Below are positions 22,731-34,946 of a stretch of 35,669 bases of DNA, one piece after another. The DNA comes from Octopus bimaculoides (taxonomy: Eukaryota): assembly GCF_001194135.2 (NCBI RefSeq), contig NC_068982.1, positions 70,384,787 to 70,420,455 on the forward strand, read 5' to 3'. Made by a program: the position numbers and the translations under genes. Numbering within the stretch: position 1 is the first letter of the stretch; every line of letters starts with the position of its first letter. The notes below the pieces were generated by a model that had not been told where the DNA came from, did no database searches, and was given only the letters and a program-made list of their open reading frames with translations.

Positions 22731-23060
22731 CCTTGCCGTACTCAAAAAGACTTATACTCTGCAGCAGGAGTGTGAAGACTGATCTTTATGGTGGTCTAAA
22801 GCACTTATGGCAGTACCGCGTAAAAATGCCCATGTGGCAATACGTAAAAGTGCATGTGTGGTGCCAATAAAAGTGTCCATGTGGTGCAATGTAAACGTGC
22901 CTGTGCGGTGCCTTGTAAAAGCACCCAGCACACTCTGTAAAGTGCTTGGTGTTAGGAAGAGCATCCAGCCATAGAAACCATGCCAAATCAGACTGGAGTC
23001 TGGTGCATCCAATCAATGCCAGCATGAACAATGGACATTAAATGACGATGATGATTTAGT

Positions 23061-23148
23061 AAAATAAATCGTCATCATCATCATCATCGTTTAACGTCCG
23101 CTTTCCATGCTAGCATGGGTTGGACGATTTGACTGAGGACTGGTGAAC
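23061..23148 (-). mobile_element. Young RTE-LINE tail, reverse orientation, running into an N-gap
   Basis: (CAT)n-CGTTTAACGTCCGCTTTCCATGCTAGCATGGGTTGGACGATTTGACTGAGGACTGGTGAAC is the reverse complement of the 16.8 kb copy. Confidence 0.8.
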
Positions 23149-24070
23149 NNNNNNNNNNNNNNNNNNNNNNNNNNNNNNNNNNNNNNNNNNNNNNNNNNNN
23201 NNNNNNNNNNNNNNNNNNNNNNNNNNNNNNNNNNNNNNNNNNNNNNNNNNNNNNNNNNNNNNNNNNNNNNNNNNNNNNNNNNNNNNNNNNNNNNNNNNNN
23301 NNNNNNNNNNNNNNNNNNNNNNNNNNNNNNNNNNNNNNNNNNNNNNNNNNNNNNNNNNNNNNNNNNNNNNNNNNNNNNNNNNNNNNNNNNNNNNNNNNNN
23401 NNNNNNNNNNNNNNNNNNNNNNNNNNNNNNNNNNNNNNNNNNNNNNNNNNNNNNNNNNNNNNNNNNNNNNNNNNNNNNNNNNNNNNNNNNNNNNNNNNNN
23501 NNNNNNNNNNNNNNNNNNNNNNNNNNNNNNNNNNNNNNNNNNNNNNNNNNNNNNNNNNNNNNNNNNNNNNNNNNNNNNNNNNNNNNNNNNNNNNNNNNNN
23601 NNNNNNNNNNNNNNNNNNNNNNNNNNNNNNNNNNNNNNNNNNNNNNNNNNNNNNNNNNNNNNNNNNNNNNNNNNNNNNNNNNNNNNNNNNNNNNNNNNNN
23701 NNNNNNNNNNNNNNNNNNNNNNNNNNNNNNNNNNNNNNNNNNNNNNNNNNNNNNNNNNNNNNNNNNNNNNNNNNNNNNNNNNNNNNNNNNNNNNNNNNNN
23801 NNNNNNNNNNNNNNNNNNNNNNNNNNNNNNNNNNNNNNNNNNNNNNNNNNNNNNNNNNNNNNNNNNNNNNNNNNNNNNNNNNNNNNNNNNNNNNNNNNNN
23901 NNNNNNNNNNNNNNNNNNNNNNNNNNNNNNNNNNNNNNNNNNNNNNNTGATGTTTTAATACTGTCCCTTAGCTTTAGAAGGAAAAACTTCTTTTGTTTTT
24001 GTTTTCAGTTCTACAGTGATCATATTTTTTAAATACACAATTGAAACGAGAAGGAATCTCATTTTACACG

Positions 24071-24074
24071 TTTA

Positions 24075-24107
<33 letters not shown>

Positions 24108-24726
24108 CACATGCCTTTCTTGTATGAGAATAAGAATTATTGACAGTGTACTTTTGTCAAAATATAAATTTACAGTTATAAATTTCATATACGATACCAG
24201 TGATTCATGGTGTGTTTTTATTTATGTTCATAGTGGCTTAAGGGTTAGGGTATTCAGCTGATTGTAAGGTCACGAGTTCGATTCCAGAAAAGGCATGTGA
24301 GGTGTGTGTGTGTGCTTAAAGTCATTTATTGAAATGGCTAAAATCCCAATGTATATGACAACAAGGGTTCCAGTAGATACAGTCAACAGAACAGCCCAAT
24401 TGTGAAATTAGTGTGCAAGTGGTTGAGCATTCCACAGACACACGTACTCTTAACATAGTTCTAAAGGGAGATTCAGCATGACACAGGATGTGATCAGGCT
24501 GACCCTTTGAAAAACATGCATTAGTCATTTTTGCCAGCTAAGTGGGCTGCAGCCCTGTGAAATAAAGTATCTTGCTCAAGGACACTGTGCTGTCGGGAAT
24601 TGAACTCATGACCTTACAATCATGAGCTGAATATCCTAACCACTAAACTACTATGAACATAAATAAAAAGACACCATGAATCACTGGTATCGTATCTGAA
24701 CTGTAAGTTTATATTTTGACAAAAGT
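24071..24726. repeat. Nested inverted duplications A-B-A'-C-B'
   Basis: 24071-24120 is inverted at 24286-24320, and 24150-24285 is inverted at 24596-24726. Confidence 0.85.
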
Positions 24727-24998
24727 TGAGTAAACAAATTTCAAACTAAGAGACAAATATCAGATTTCTTTCTTGGTCATCATGCCAATAATAAACACAT
24801 GCAATAGCTTCATTTCACTTTTTTTATTATTATTAGTCAATTGGCGGGGTCGACTTTGCCTTTTATCCTTTAAGAGTTGTTTAAATAAGTACAAGTTGAA
24901 CACTGGGGTCAATATAATTGACTTGGCCCCTCCCCCGAAATTGCTGGCCTTGTGCCAAAATTCGAAACCATTATTAGTCAATTGGTTAATCAATACGC

Positions 24999-25211
24999 GT
25001 AGGAGTGGCTGTGTGGTAAGTAGCTTGCTTATGAACCACATGGTTCCGGATTCAGTCCCAGTGCATGGCACCTTGGGCAAGTGTCTTTCCACTATAGCCT
25101 CGGGCCAACCAAAGCCTTGTGAGTGGATTTGGTCGATGGAAANNNNNNNNNNCTTGACTAAAGGCGGTGCTCCAGCATGGCCACAGTCAAATGACTGAAA
25201 CAAGTAAAAGA
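24999..25211 (+). mobile_element. SINE type A (middle replaced by a 10-N gap)
   Basis: Head nearly identical to that at 548; same 3' end as at 2078. Confidence 0.8.
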
Positions 25212-25898
25212 GTATTTTACCAATTAACTAACCGATTGTTTAATTATTCATTTGGTTAATCATCAGTCAATCAGCTAGGTTTGTCACAGTTCTTTCATTG
25301 TCATTCATGACCTCATCAATGACGTACCCTCACTTCATCAGATCTGTTTGTTGTTGGTATGATAACCCTCCCAATGTATAGCATAACATGTGCCAACATA
25401 CCAGTTTACATCAAGAATTCTGGATAGCAAATACAAAAATGAAATGAAAAATCTTTTTTTATGTATGTGTATTTCATGAGGTTTTGTTGTAAGAACCTTT
25501 TTTTTTTTTTTGTTTCTTTTGGTACAAACGAAATTGTTACAAACACACATATGGACACACATACTTACATATAAGCACGAACACATAAGTGCATGCACAC
25601 ATATGAGCGTGCACGCATACGAGCTTGCACACACTCACATGCTCATACTGAACAGTTTCCAAACAACGCCAAATCATACATTCAAAATAAATGGAAGTGG
25701 AGAGACAAGTTACTGAAGAGATTGCAAAAGTGCAATGAAATGATTTAACAAAAAACTAGATACTGTTTATAAATTAATAAAGGACTGAACCAGTGCGTGT
25801 ATTTATTACCGGCATAATGCCTCTCCCAAGGTTTAATTGTAAAAATCTTTTTGTTATCAAATTAAATTTGTAATTTCTAAGATGTTTTCTCTTTTCAG

Positions 25899-25946
25899 AA
25901 TACGTTTGGCTGAAGAACAAAAACAACAACAACAGCAGCAACAACC

Positions 25947-25991
<45 letters not shown>

Positions 25992-26214
25992 TTTATTAAA
26001 TCAGCAACATTCATCTCAGGTGATCAAGAACCAGATGGTTCAGAACCCTCACTCTTACCACAATCCTAGCAATGCCAGTCTGGATGAGCATGTAGCCAGA
26101 CTTATTGAAGAGAGAGATATTCTTCTTCGGACTGGGGTCTACACATCTCAGGACAAAATAATAGCTGAACTTGACCAACAGATAAAAGACATTGTTGCTC
26201 TTAGAAATACCTAG
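25899..26214 (+). CDS. CEP120: CEP120 terminal coding exon (polyQ plus conserved C-terminus), stop TAG at 26212-26214
   Basis: tttcAG acceptor. (K)IRLAEEQKQ7PQ14H...[45 protein letters not shown] versus recalled [42 protein letters not shown]. Confidence 0.97.
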
Positions 26215-27336
26215 TCAACCTTTACAATTACATCATCATTATTATCATCATCATCATCATCATCATCGTCAACAACAACTCTTCACTCTCTCCTTCTCCT
26301 CTTAGTTCCCTCCTAATGTATTCAGTCATTCTTGTGGGAATGATCTCCCATAGGTGCTCCATGGCTTGCTGTTGGTTAGGGTTAGGGATTGAGTTGACCT
26401 CCATGATTCTGTTTGCGGCAGTGTTTGTTGTGGCAACTAGCTTGTGTCTCTATTGCAGATAGAGATACTTACAGTGTAAAGGTCACCCTCGGTTTTCAAA
26501 TCAAGCGTTCCAATCTCTCTTTGTCGACAGTTCTGTTTTCATCCGGTTATATTTTATATTATTTCTGACATTTAGTCCCATTACACACACACACACACAC
26601 ACATACAGAGGCTCAGACGCATGCTTGTATACACACATATACACAGGCAGGCTCATCAACACACACACACACGCGCACATTACTATTTAATGTGAAAAAA
26701 CGATATATGTGGGGAATACCCAACAGACATTAGACATCCTCATATGTTGTGAAGAATATATTCACACTTATAAATACTTGTACATAGACATCTTCATTTA
26801 CCTTACTACACACACAATACCATGCATAAATACACAGACACACGTGTGTGTATATGTATATTTATATATACATATATATATATATGTGTGGAGGCGCGTG
26901 GCCTAGTGGTTAGGGTGTCAGCACCATGATTGTAAGATTGTGGTTTCGATTCCTGGACTGGGCGACACNNNNNNNNNNNNNNNNNNNNNNNNNNNNNNNN
27001 NNNNNNNNNNNNNNNNNNNNNNNNNNNNNNNNNNNNNNNNNNNNNNNNNNNNNNNNNNNNNNNNNNNNNNNNNNNNNNNNNNNNNNNNNNNNNNNNNNNN
27101 NNNNNNNNNNNNNNNNNNNNNNNNNNNNNNNNNNNNNNNNNNNNNNNNNNNNNNNNNNNNNNNNNNNNNNNNNNNNNNNNNNNNNNNNNNNNNNNNNNNN
27201 NNNNNNNNNNNNNNNNNNNNNNNNNNNNNNNNNNNNNNNNNNNNNNNNNNNNNNNNNNNNNNNNNNNNNNNNNNNNNNNNNNNNNNNNNNNNNNNNNNNN
27301 NNNNNNNNNNNNNNNNNNNNNNNNNNNNNNNAATTT

Positions 27337-27370
<34 letters not shown>

Positions 27371-28041
27371 GTACATACATATATATGCAAGTTAAAATCC
27401 TAAGTTTTAATGTTAAATGAATAATGTTACCTCATGACAGAGAATATATAGAACATATAATTCTATATATCTCTATTTATTTTAGTTATTATTATTTTAT
27501 TGTATGTCTTTCGGGTTTATTGTTTTCATAAACTTGCGTTACTTTTACTTTCCAAATGAAAAAAAGAAAAAGCCATATTATGAATATGTAAAGAAGTCGC
27601 ATATTTTTCATTTTACATACTTTTATTTTTATATATTTATTTCAAACCAACAGAACTGAGTTGAATTTTGAAGAAGATGTCATGACTTGTTTATTCCTCA
27701 AACAATTTGCAGGAAAAGTCTCTACTTGAAACAGTATGATGTTTGAAAATCCATTTGATTTTTCGGTTTTCTTAAGGTTTTTTTTCAATCCAAAATGGAT
27801 TGCATTTCAGACAGATTTATATTTAAATTCACTTCTACTATCTATTACCTTAGGTCTGTTCATTCATTTTCATATATTTGAAAGTGAGATAGCAAAGGTA
27901 AAAGCTGTTGTTATGAACTTCATCATCTAACAGTTGTTTCTGCTATAGGATGCGGTGGACTCATAGCTGAGCACCTGAATGACACCTTATAGCTTCATCA
28001 GAGCCTTGAATATGAAAGTTATTAGTTTTGTAATGCTTAAG

Positions 28042-28042
<1 letters not shown>

Positions 28043-28098
<56 letters not shown>

Positions 28099-28105
28099 TA
28101 TATAT
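28043..28105. repeat. (TA)n microsatellite
   Basis: Direct reading. Confidence 0.95.
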
Positions 28106-29039
28106 TTATAACTTTGATAGGTTTTGGCCAGTATAGGCCCAGGCCACATCTAACTTAATAGCATGGTTTGATCATGTGCTGTTGATATCTAAAGTTTTTT
28201 GTTCTTGTCACTGTTTACTGGTATTTCATATGTAGATTTGTTCATATATCTAAGTTGTAAAGTATTGTATTATTTATATCTCTAAAATATAAGGTTTACT
28301 CATACCACAAGCACAGTGTATCAAACGTCATGGGTTTGTTAATAAAAATAACGAAAAATATGTCACTTTTATCAGTGTAAGAGAAGCTATTTTGTGATGA
28401 AAAAGTTGTTACTGTTATGTATACACACTCGCACTCATGCAAACACTTACATGCACACATGCAGAAACATGTGCAAGCATACACACACACACATGCGCAC
28501 AAACTCATTCATGCATACACACACACACAGACACTGATAAAAGTTCAGTTTTGTTATAGTCTGTTAACAGATCCACCTGCAAAAATGTTTTGGTTTATAT
28601 GCTGTGACATAAGTTTTCATGTTATACATAAAAGAATCCATACATTGTTTGTTTAGCCTTAGGTAAAACCTGCTTGAGCAGACATGATGAAAAGTTGTTC
28701 CAGGGAGGCCACCCAACTTTTTGTTTGTATCTCGGACTACTTTGTTCAGTGTGTCCTTTGTTTTGTATAATAATGTAATTTTGAGAAAATTTTGCTGATC
28801 AACAGACCATGTAGAGGCTCCCTCATTGGCTCAAGAATCCATATGATGTTGTCGCACATGTGACATTCTCTCTTTTCCCAACTTTATTTGAGAAAATCCA
28901 AGAGAGACTTTTGTTATACCTTAAGCAGACCATATTTTGTAATCTATGTACCATTTACTAGTCAAAGACAGTTAATCCTTTTTAAGACATGTACATTTCT
29001 ATAAAATGTTAATAAAAGCTTTTAAGTTGTATTGTTTTT

Positions 29040-29672
29040 ATTTGTATGGATGGTGATGCATAGAGACAAGAACAGCTGTGTAAAGAAGTGCTGATGTCTA
29101 ACTGTGGAGGAGGTAGACTCAGGAAGACATGGTATAAGGTGGTGAAACATGGTCTTCAAATGTTGGGCCTCATAGAAGCGATGACTAGTGACCAAGACCT
29201 TTGGGGATATGCTGTGCTTGAGAAGTCTTGTCAAGCCAAGTGAAATTGGAGTCATGGCTGATGCTGGTGTCATGCAAATGGCACCTGAGAAATTGTAACC
29301 GTGGCCATTGCCAGTTGCATGATCTTCAAATGTTGGGCCTCATAGAGGCGAGGGATAATCTTTGAATGTTGGGCCTTGTGGAGGTGATGACTACTGACTG
29401 AGACCTTGGCAATATACTGTGCTTGAGAGGACTCATCAAGCCAAGTGAAACTGTATTGTGGCTGTTGCTGGTGTCCTGTAAATGGCATCTGTTCCAGTGG
29501 CACATAAAAAGCACCTATTACACTCAAAGTGATTGGCATTAGGAAGGGTATCTAGCCATAGGAACCATCTCAAATCAGACTAGAACTTGGTACAGCTCTC
29601 CAACTTATCAGTTCCAGTCAAACCATCCAGCCTATGCCAACATGGAAAGCGGACATTAAATGATGATGATGA
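29040..29672 (+). mobile_element. Older RTE-LINE 3' end with internally duplicated ORF2 terminus
   Basis: GRLRKTWYKVVKHGLQMLGLIEAMTSDQDLWGYAVLEKS. The segment TCTTCAAATGTTGGGCCTCATAGA recurs at ~29153 and ~29324. Common tail follows. Confidence 0.78.
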
Positions 29673-29944
29673 TCTTGTTTATTTTAGGTGCAGGCATGGC
29701 TGTGTGGTAAGTTTGTTTCCCAACCACATGATTTCCAGTTCAATTCTGCAGTGTGATTGGTACATTGGGCAAGTGTTTTCTACTATAACCCTGGGCTGAC
29801 CAAAGCCTTGTGAGTGGATTTGGTTGATGGAAACTGAAAGAAGCTCGTGTGTGAGTGAGAGTTACTGTCTCCTTGACGTCACATGTAAGTCAGTGTCACC
29901 ATCATGCAAATGGTATCATTCATTACTAATCTCTGCTGAATCTC

Positions 29945-30230
29945 AGCACAGAGACTCCAACAGGAGAAAAAATATGGAAAGCAATCCTTGAAGCCCAGTG
30001 GAATCTCAGCTGAAATTGTTAAATAATATTTGGGATACAGAGATATTACCAGAAGACTGTAAGCATGGCCATCTCATCAAGTTTCTCTGGAAAGGCATCA
30101 CACTTCTTTCTATTCCCTGGTGTTCTTTGGAAGGATGTAAAATGAGGTGGACAAACTTTTAAGAGATAAACAAGCTGGATTCCAACAGGAGATATCATGC
30201 ATTGAGCAGAGTAAAAATACTGCTTCAAAA
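29945..30230 (+). mobile_element. RTE-type reverse transcriptase fragment
   Basis: IWDTEILPEDCKHGHLIKF...WKGITLLSIP...VDKLLRDKQAGFQQEISCIEQ resembles the RTE RT motif W-EE-VP-DWK-G-LIK...RGITLLS...LRD-QAGF. Confidence 0.78.
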
Positions 30231-30239
30231 ATATGCTCA

Positions 30240-30682
30240 CTTCTAACCTATGCAGCACAGAAAGGCTATCAAAGGCCCAGGAAAACTGATGAAAGGGATC
30301 TTGTTTCATCAGGATGGTGCTCCAGTACACAAATCCTTGGTTTCAATGGCTGCTGTACATTACTGTGGCCTTGAGCTGGTTGATCACCCTCACTATCCTC
30401 TTGATTTGATCCCATCTGACTATCATCTATTCCCCAACGTAAGAAAATACTTGGCTGAGAACCAGTATTACAACAATGATGATGTCCTATCTGCTGCTGC
30501 TGATTTCTATTTTTTTTGAGTAACAAGATGAAAGTTTCTTCACCAATGGGATCCAAGCACTGTAACACTGATGGAAGAAATGTGCTGGCCTCAAAGGGGG
30601 ATTATGTTGAAAAATAAACCTCATTTGGTTGCATTCTGTGAGAGTATCATGGTCAGCCCATGAAGTTTTCAGCCAATCCTCA
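30240..30682 (+). mobile_element. 3' fragment of the same mariner family as 14331-15656
   Basis: GKLMKGILFHQDGAPVHKS...HPHYPLDLIPSDYHLFPN, ending in TIR GGTCAGCCCATGAAGTTTTCAGCCAATCCTCA|ta. Confidence 0.9.
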
Positions 30683-31214
30683 TATTTTCCCATCCAGTCA
30701 TGTTTTCATGGAAAATATGAAACAAACAGAACATTGCTTGCATGACACTGACACTTGTTTATGGCCAAAATTCAAGGCAAGGAGACACACACGCACGCAC
30801 ACACACACACACACACACAGAGGACTGGCTTCTTTCAGTAACTGCCTGCCAAATCCACTCGAGGTTTTGGTTGGCCTGAGGATACATTGAAGGCACTTGC
30901 CCATAATGCTATGCAGTGGGACTGAACCTGGAACCATGCAGTTGGGAAGCAAACTTTGTAATACAGTTATGCCTATACCTAAATGACACCCCCCAAAAAG
31001 CAGGTTACTCAACTGATTGATATGAAACCACCCACCAATACCTCAGCCTCTAGCTCCACAGATGTGTTATTTCCTCACTTTATCCTCTCTACCACTACTA
31101 CTACTCTGGCCTCTGCTTCTGGAATCTAGCTAATCACATGCACCTCCACTTGCATCCATATGATTCACTTGTCTCTTCTCTCACTTATTTTATGTCCACC
31201 CCACCTCCCCCAAG

Positions 31215-31722
31215 CTGACCCCGAGGTCTAGTCCTGGTTGCTGTGTGGTGGCTTCTGTGCCTCAATAACCTTGAGAGCTATGCCGGAGAAGGCCCATCAT
31301 GCTGGATAGGGTCAAAGGTTAGAAGCCAAACTGATATGGATCCCCTCTTCCTAGAAATAGAAATGAGTTTGCAAAGGGACAACACCCCTGCCTAGAAAAA
31401 TGAATCAGTGTTAGTGAAACATCAATGACAATTCAAAACCAAGAAGATTTGGGAGAGGAAGGCCTTCCCTCAGGGAAACTCGACATGGTGCAGCAAAACC
31501 CAAAAGGAAACCAACATTCTGCATTACATGTCAGGCCTTGCACAGAAGGGAAGCAGAAGAGAGGAGACCATAAAACTAACTGGAAGCAGGATACTGTGGC
31601 AGATCTGAAAAAGCAGGGATCCAACTGGAGAGAAACAGAAAAGACAACCTAGAAGCATGAACCATAGAGAAAAGTTGTCAATGGCCTATATCCTATAGGG
31701 AGCAGAGGGCTTTGGTAAGTAG
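31215..31722 (+). mobile_element. Internally deleted RTE-type LINE (5' UTR-like part joined to ORF2 C-terminus)
   Basis: ALHVRPCTEGKQKRGDHKTNWKQDTVADLKKQGSNWRETEKTT*...KVVNGLYPIGS resembles the RTE C-terminus ALTWNPQGKRKRGRPRNTWRR...LVGGLCS. Confidence 0.65.
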
Positions 31723-33239
31723 ATATCCACCCTTAGCTGTACACTAAACATACCTTCCCAGTCCATCTTGCCCAGAGCATCATACCTCTAGAATTTTTTT
31801 TGCAACCCATGTTTTTTTGTATGACTGTTAACTCTCAGTAACATTCTGTAACAAAATTTTTATTTATTTTTTTGTGTCTTTGGTCAGTCAGTGTTATTTC
31901 TTATTTGCTTCTATCTAGAAATCAAAGGAAACGACTACTATTCCCTTCAAACTTTGCTTCTGTGACCAAAAGCATCAATGTTTTGAAACTCACCTCTTTT
32001 CCATTACATTTCAGACAGATTCAGCACTGAGTTACCAAAGCAGAAATATCATTATAGAATATTTTCTGCACAGTACTAAAGATTTGATTGTTAATTGCTT
32101 GACCTTAAACCTCTTAATCATGTCCCTTAGTGGCTGGCAATATGTTTGTCTCTGATTACGACCAGGAGTAGTGGGGGAGCATCATAACCATGTGTTGAGA
32201 AGGATTCCTTGGGGTTTGAATAAATGTAAGAAAAACAAAGTTTGAAAGTGATATTAGGGATTTTCCAAACTTTCTAGGGGTAAGCATATAGGAAACAACA
32301 GTTGCTACCCAAGGACAAAAATCGTGTTACATAGTGTAATTGAAGAACATCAAATGTGTCGACCTCAGTTTACAGAGGGCCTGTATAAGTTATGGATAAA
32401 GTCCCCTTCTTCCAGAACTAAATCATAAAAAAAAATTGTCCAATATGTTTTCCTGTTTTTGAGGCAGTACGATAGAGTAAACCCCATCGTCTCTGTTTTA
32501 ACGTCTACTTGTCCATGTTCCGAGACGCCTCACCGGAGCCAAGAAACAAAAGAAAAATAGTGTAATAGATGTAAAACGACTTGCTCTGAACGAATATGAA
32601 AAAAAAAAAAAAAAAAAAAANNNNNNNNNNNNNNNNNNNNNNNNNNNNNNNNNNNNNNNNNNNNNNNNNNNNNNNNNNNNNNNNNNNNNNNNNNNNNNNN
32701 NNNNNNNNNNNNNNNNNNNNNNNNNNNNNNNNNNNNNNNNNNNNNNNNNNNNNNNNNNNNNNNNNNNNNNNNNNNNNNNNNNNNNNNNNNNNNNNNNNNN
32801 NNNNNNNNNNNNNNNNNNNNNNNNNNNNNNNNNNNNNNNNNNNNNNNNNNNNNNNNNNNNNNNNNNNNNNNNNNNNNNNNNNNNNNNNNNNNNNNNNNNN
32901 NNNNNNNNNNNNNNNNNNNNNNNNNNNNNNNNNNNNNNNNNNNNNNNNNNNNNNNNNNNNNNNNNNNNNNNNNNNNNNNNNNNNNNNNNNNNNNNNNNNN
33001 NNNNNNNNNNNNNNNTCTTTCTCTCTCTCTCTGTGTGCACGCGCACGCGTGTGTGTAAAAAAATTCACCTTATGAACCAATAAATGGTGTTTCATCGTTC
33101 TTTCCAAAGAAATGAAGATTGAAACACAGAAAGAATTTGAAATCGGAATGAAGGGGAAAGAAGAAAATACTGCACTCTAAAATATACGCCACTCTATAAC
33201 TGTTGCAGCGAGAAAATATTCATAACAACAATCATAATA

Positions 33240-33475
33240 ATACAGAAAAATAACCAATCGTCACTCGCGAAAGAGCGTGACCTGGTTGCTGGTACCATAT
33301 TTTCGCTAATTGCTTTTTGGTGCCTGTGCAGTCACGGGCAGACATAAAAACTCTCGCGGCACTTCCATCCCTTGACCTTCTTAAGATATAAGGATGATAA
33401 ACAAAACAAAATGCTTTCCTTCACAACCTTGCTACCATGTAGGTGGCCAATCAAAATAATTAAAGAGAAGTGAAA
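33240..33475. promoter_or_regulatory. Candidate CpG-retaining promoter-like island
   Basis: Non-repetitive and CpG-enriched relative to the flanks. CTCGCGA at ~33265, CTCTCGCGG next to an ETS-like ACTTCC at ~33351-33366, CCAAT boxes at ~33254 and ~33447. Confidence 0.3.
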
Positions 33476-33550
33476 TCGATGTTACGAACGTTCCATAAAC
33501 GTTGTTTATTCCATACAGCATATAAAGTTAAGCAATAGATGCAACATTTA

Positions 33551-33770
33551 AGGTGGTGAGCTGGCAGAAACGTTAGCACGCCGGGCTAAATGCTTAGCGG
33601 TATTTCGTCTGTCAAATTTCTGAGTTCAAATTCCGCCGAGGTTGACCTTGCCTTTGATCTTTTCGGGGTCGATAAATTAAGTACAAGATGTGCACTGGGG
33701 TCGATCTAATCGACTGCCACCCCCTCCTCCAAAATTTCGGGCCTTGTGCATAGAGTAGAAAAGGATATAT
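33551..33770 (+). mobile_element. tRNA-derived SINE type C (fragments also at ~18850-19027 and ~24810-24985, minus)
   Basis: GGTGGTGAGCTGGCAGAAACGTTAGC...GAGTTCAAATTCC (B box), core TTCGGGGTCGATAAATTAAGTAC...GGGGTCGAT. Confidence 0.75.
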
Positions 33771-34025
33771 GCAACATATATAAAGACATTATAATAACAT
33801 TCACTCCCTTCATTCTTCTCTTCTCCCAACATTTCTCAATTCAATAATAGGCTATTCCCAAAATGTTATACTTTTATTCTTAACCTTTACTTAAAAACTT
33901 ATTTCTTTTATCATTAAACAAATAATATTAACAATGAACGGCCTGTAAACTTTCGTTGTTTTTGTATTCGAATTCATCTTTTGCTATTGATTTGACTATA
34001 AATATGTAATATATATATATATATA

Positions 34026-34250
34026 AACAAGTAGAAAGATAAATTTTATTCAACGCATAGATACTGAACAGTATAGATATAAAGGATACAAGCCTTTTTT
34101 CTTCTTAAAAGCAGAAAAATTTGTCGACAGCTAAAAAAAAAAAGAAAAAAAAAATTTAATTCTGCTTTTAAGAAGAAAAAAGGATTTTATTCTTTATATA
34201 TATACTGTTCAGTATCTATGCGTTGAATAAAATTTATCTTTCTATTTGTT
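34026..34250. repeat. Long inverted repeat (91-bp arms, 43-nt loop)
   Basis: 34026-34116 is the reverse complement of 34160-34250 with about 5 mismatches by eye. Confidence 0.92.
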
Positions 34251-34625
34251 CTACCATACATTTCAGCGCTTCGAAAAACAAACTTGTTTGTTTACATACG
34301 GCATATATATATAAATCCCGTTTTGTCTCTGTGTGTGTATAAAAGATTATAACAGCCATATTTTTCAACTGATTTTCCCCAAACTGGGAACATACATTAC
34401 TTATGTTCCAGAGATGGTTTTAGGCTCTTAATATTTTTCAAATAACGAGCTACGAGGCCCCTGGGGGCAGAAAATACCCGTTCCTGGCTTACGTGGAGAA
34501 GGGAGATAACTCTTTGCGAAGTTACTTTCAGAAATTGATTGTCTCCCTTATATATAATTGTCAAAAATTATCACAATCTCATCTGATATATAAAATAGAG
34601 ATGTGTGTTTATTCGCTTTTCACGC

Positions 34626-34657
34626 GTATCTCTATCTCTCTGTCTACATCTATCTAC

Positions 34658-34692
<35 letters not shown>

Positions 34693-34701
34693 CCTATCTA
34701 C

Positions 34702-34749
<48 letters not shown>

Positions 34750-34755
34750 TTCTAT
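34626..34755. repeat. (TATC)n microsatellite
   Basis: Direct reading. Confidence 0.95.
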
Positions 34756-34946
34756 CTTATTTGTCTAACTAGCTAGCTCTCGCTCCTCCTCTCTCTCTAA
34801 ATCACTCGCTCTCTATTATTTTCATTTTCATTTTTCAGACGCTATTGTGTTCACTGTAAGTTGTCAAACGCTATTTACAAACAACAACGACAAATTACTG
34901 ACAGAAGGAAGTTCACAATTACTGATGAAAGTAATTTTATACATAA

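Noticed and set aside
26370-26390. TTAGGGTTAGGG telomere-like dimer (similar at ~24240)
   Set aside because: Only two units, expected by chance or as part of a SINE head.
26215-27700. CEP120 polyadenylation site
   Set aside because: I saw no clear AATAAA near the stop codon and a gap interrupts the region, so the 3' UTR end cannot be called.
27640-28660. Possible minus-strand terminal exons (e.g. FSYTDKSDIFFVIFINKPMTFDTLCL)
   Set aside because: Splice sites can be drawn, but the peptides are short and unrecognisable with frequent stops; not supportable without transcripts.
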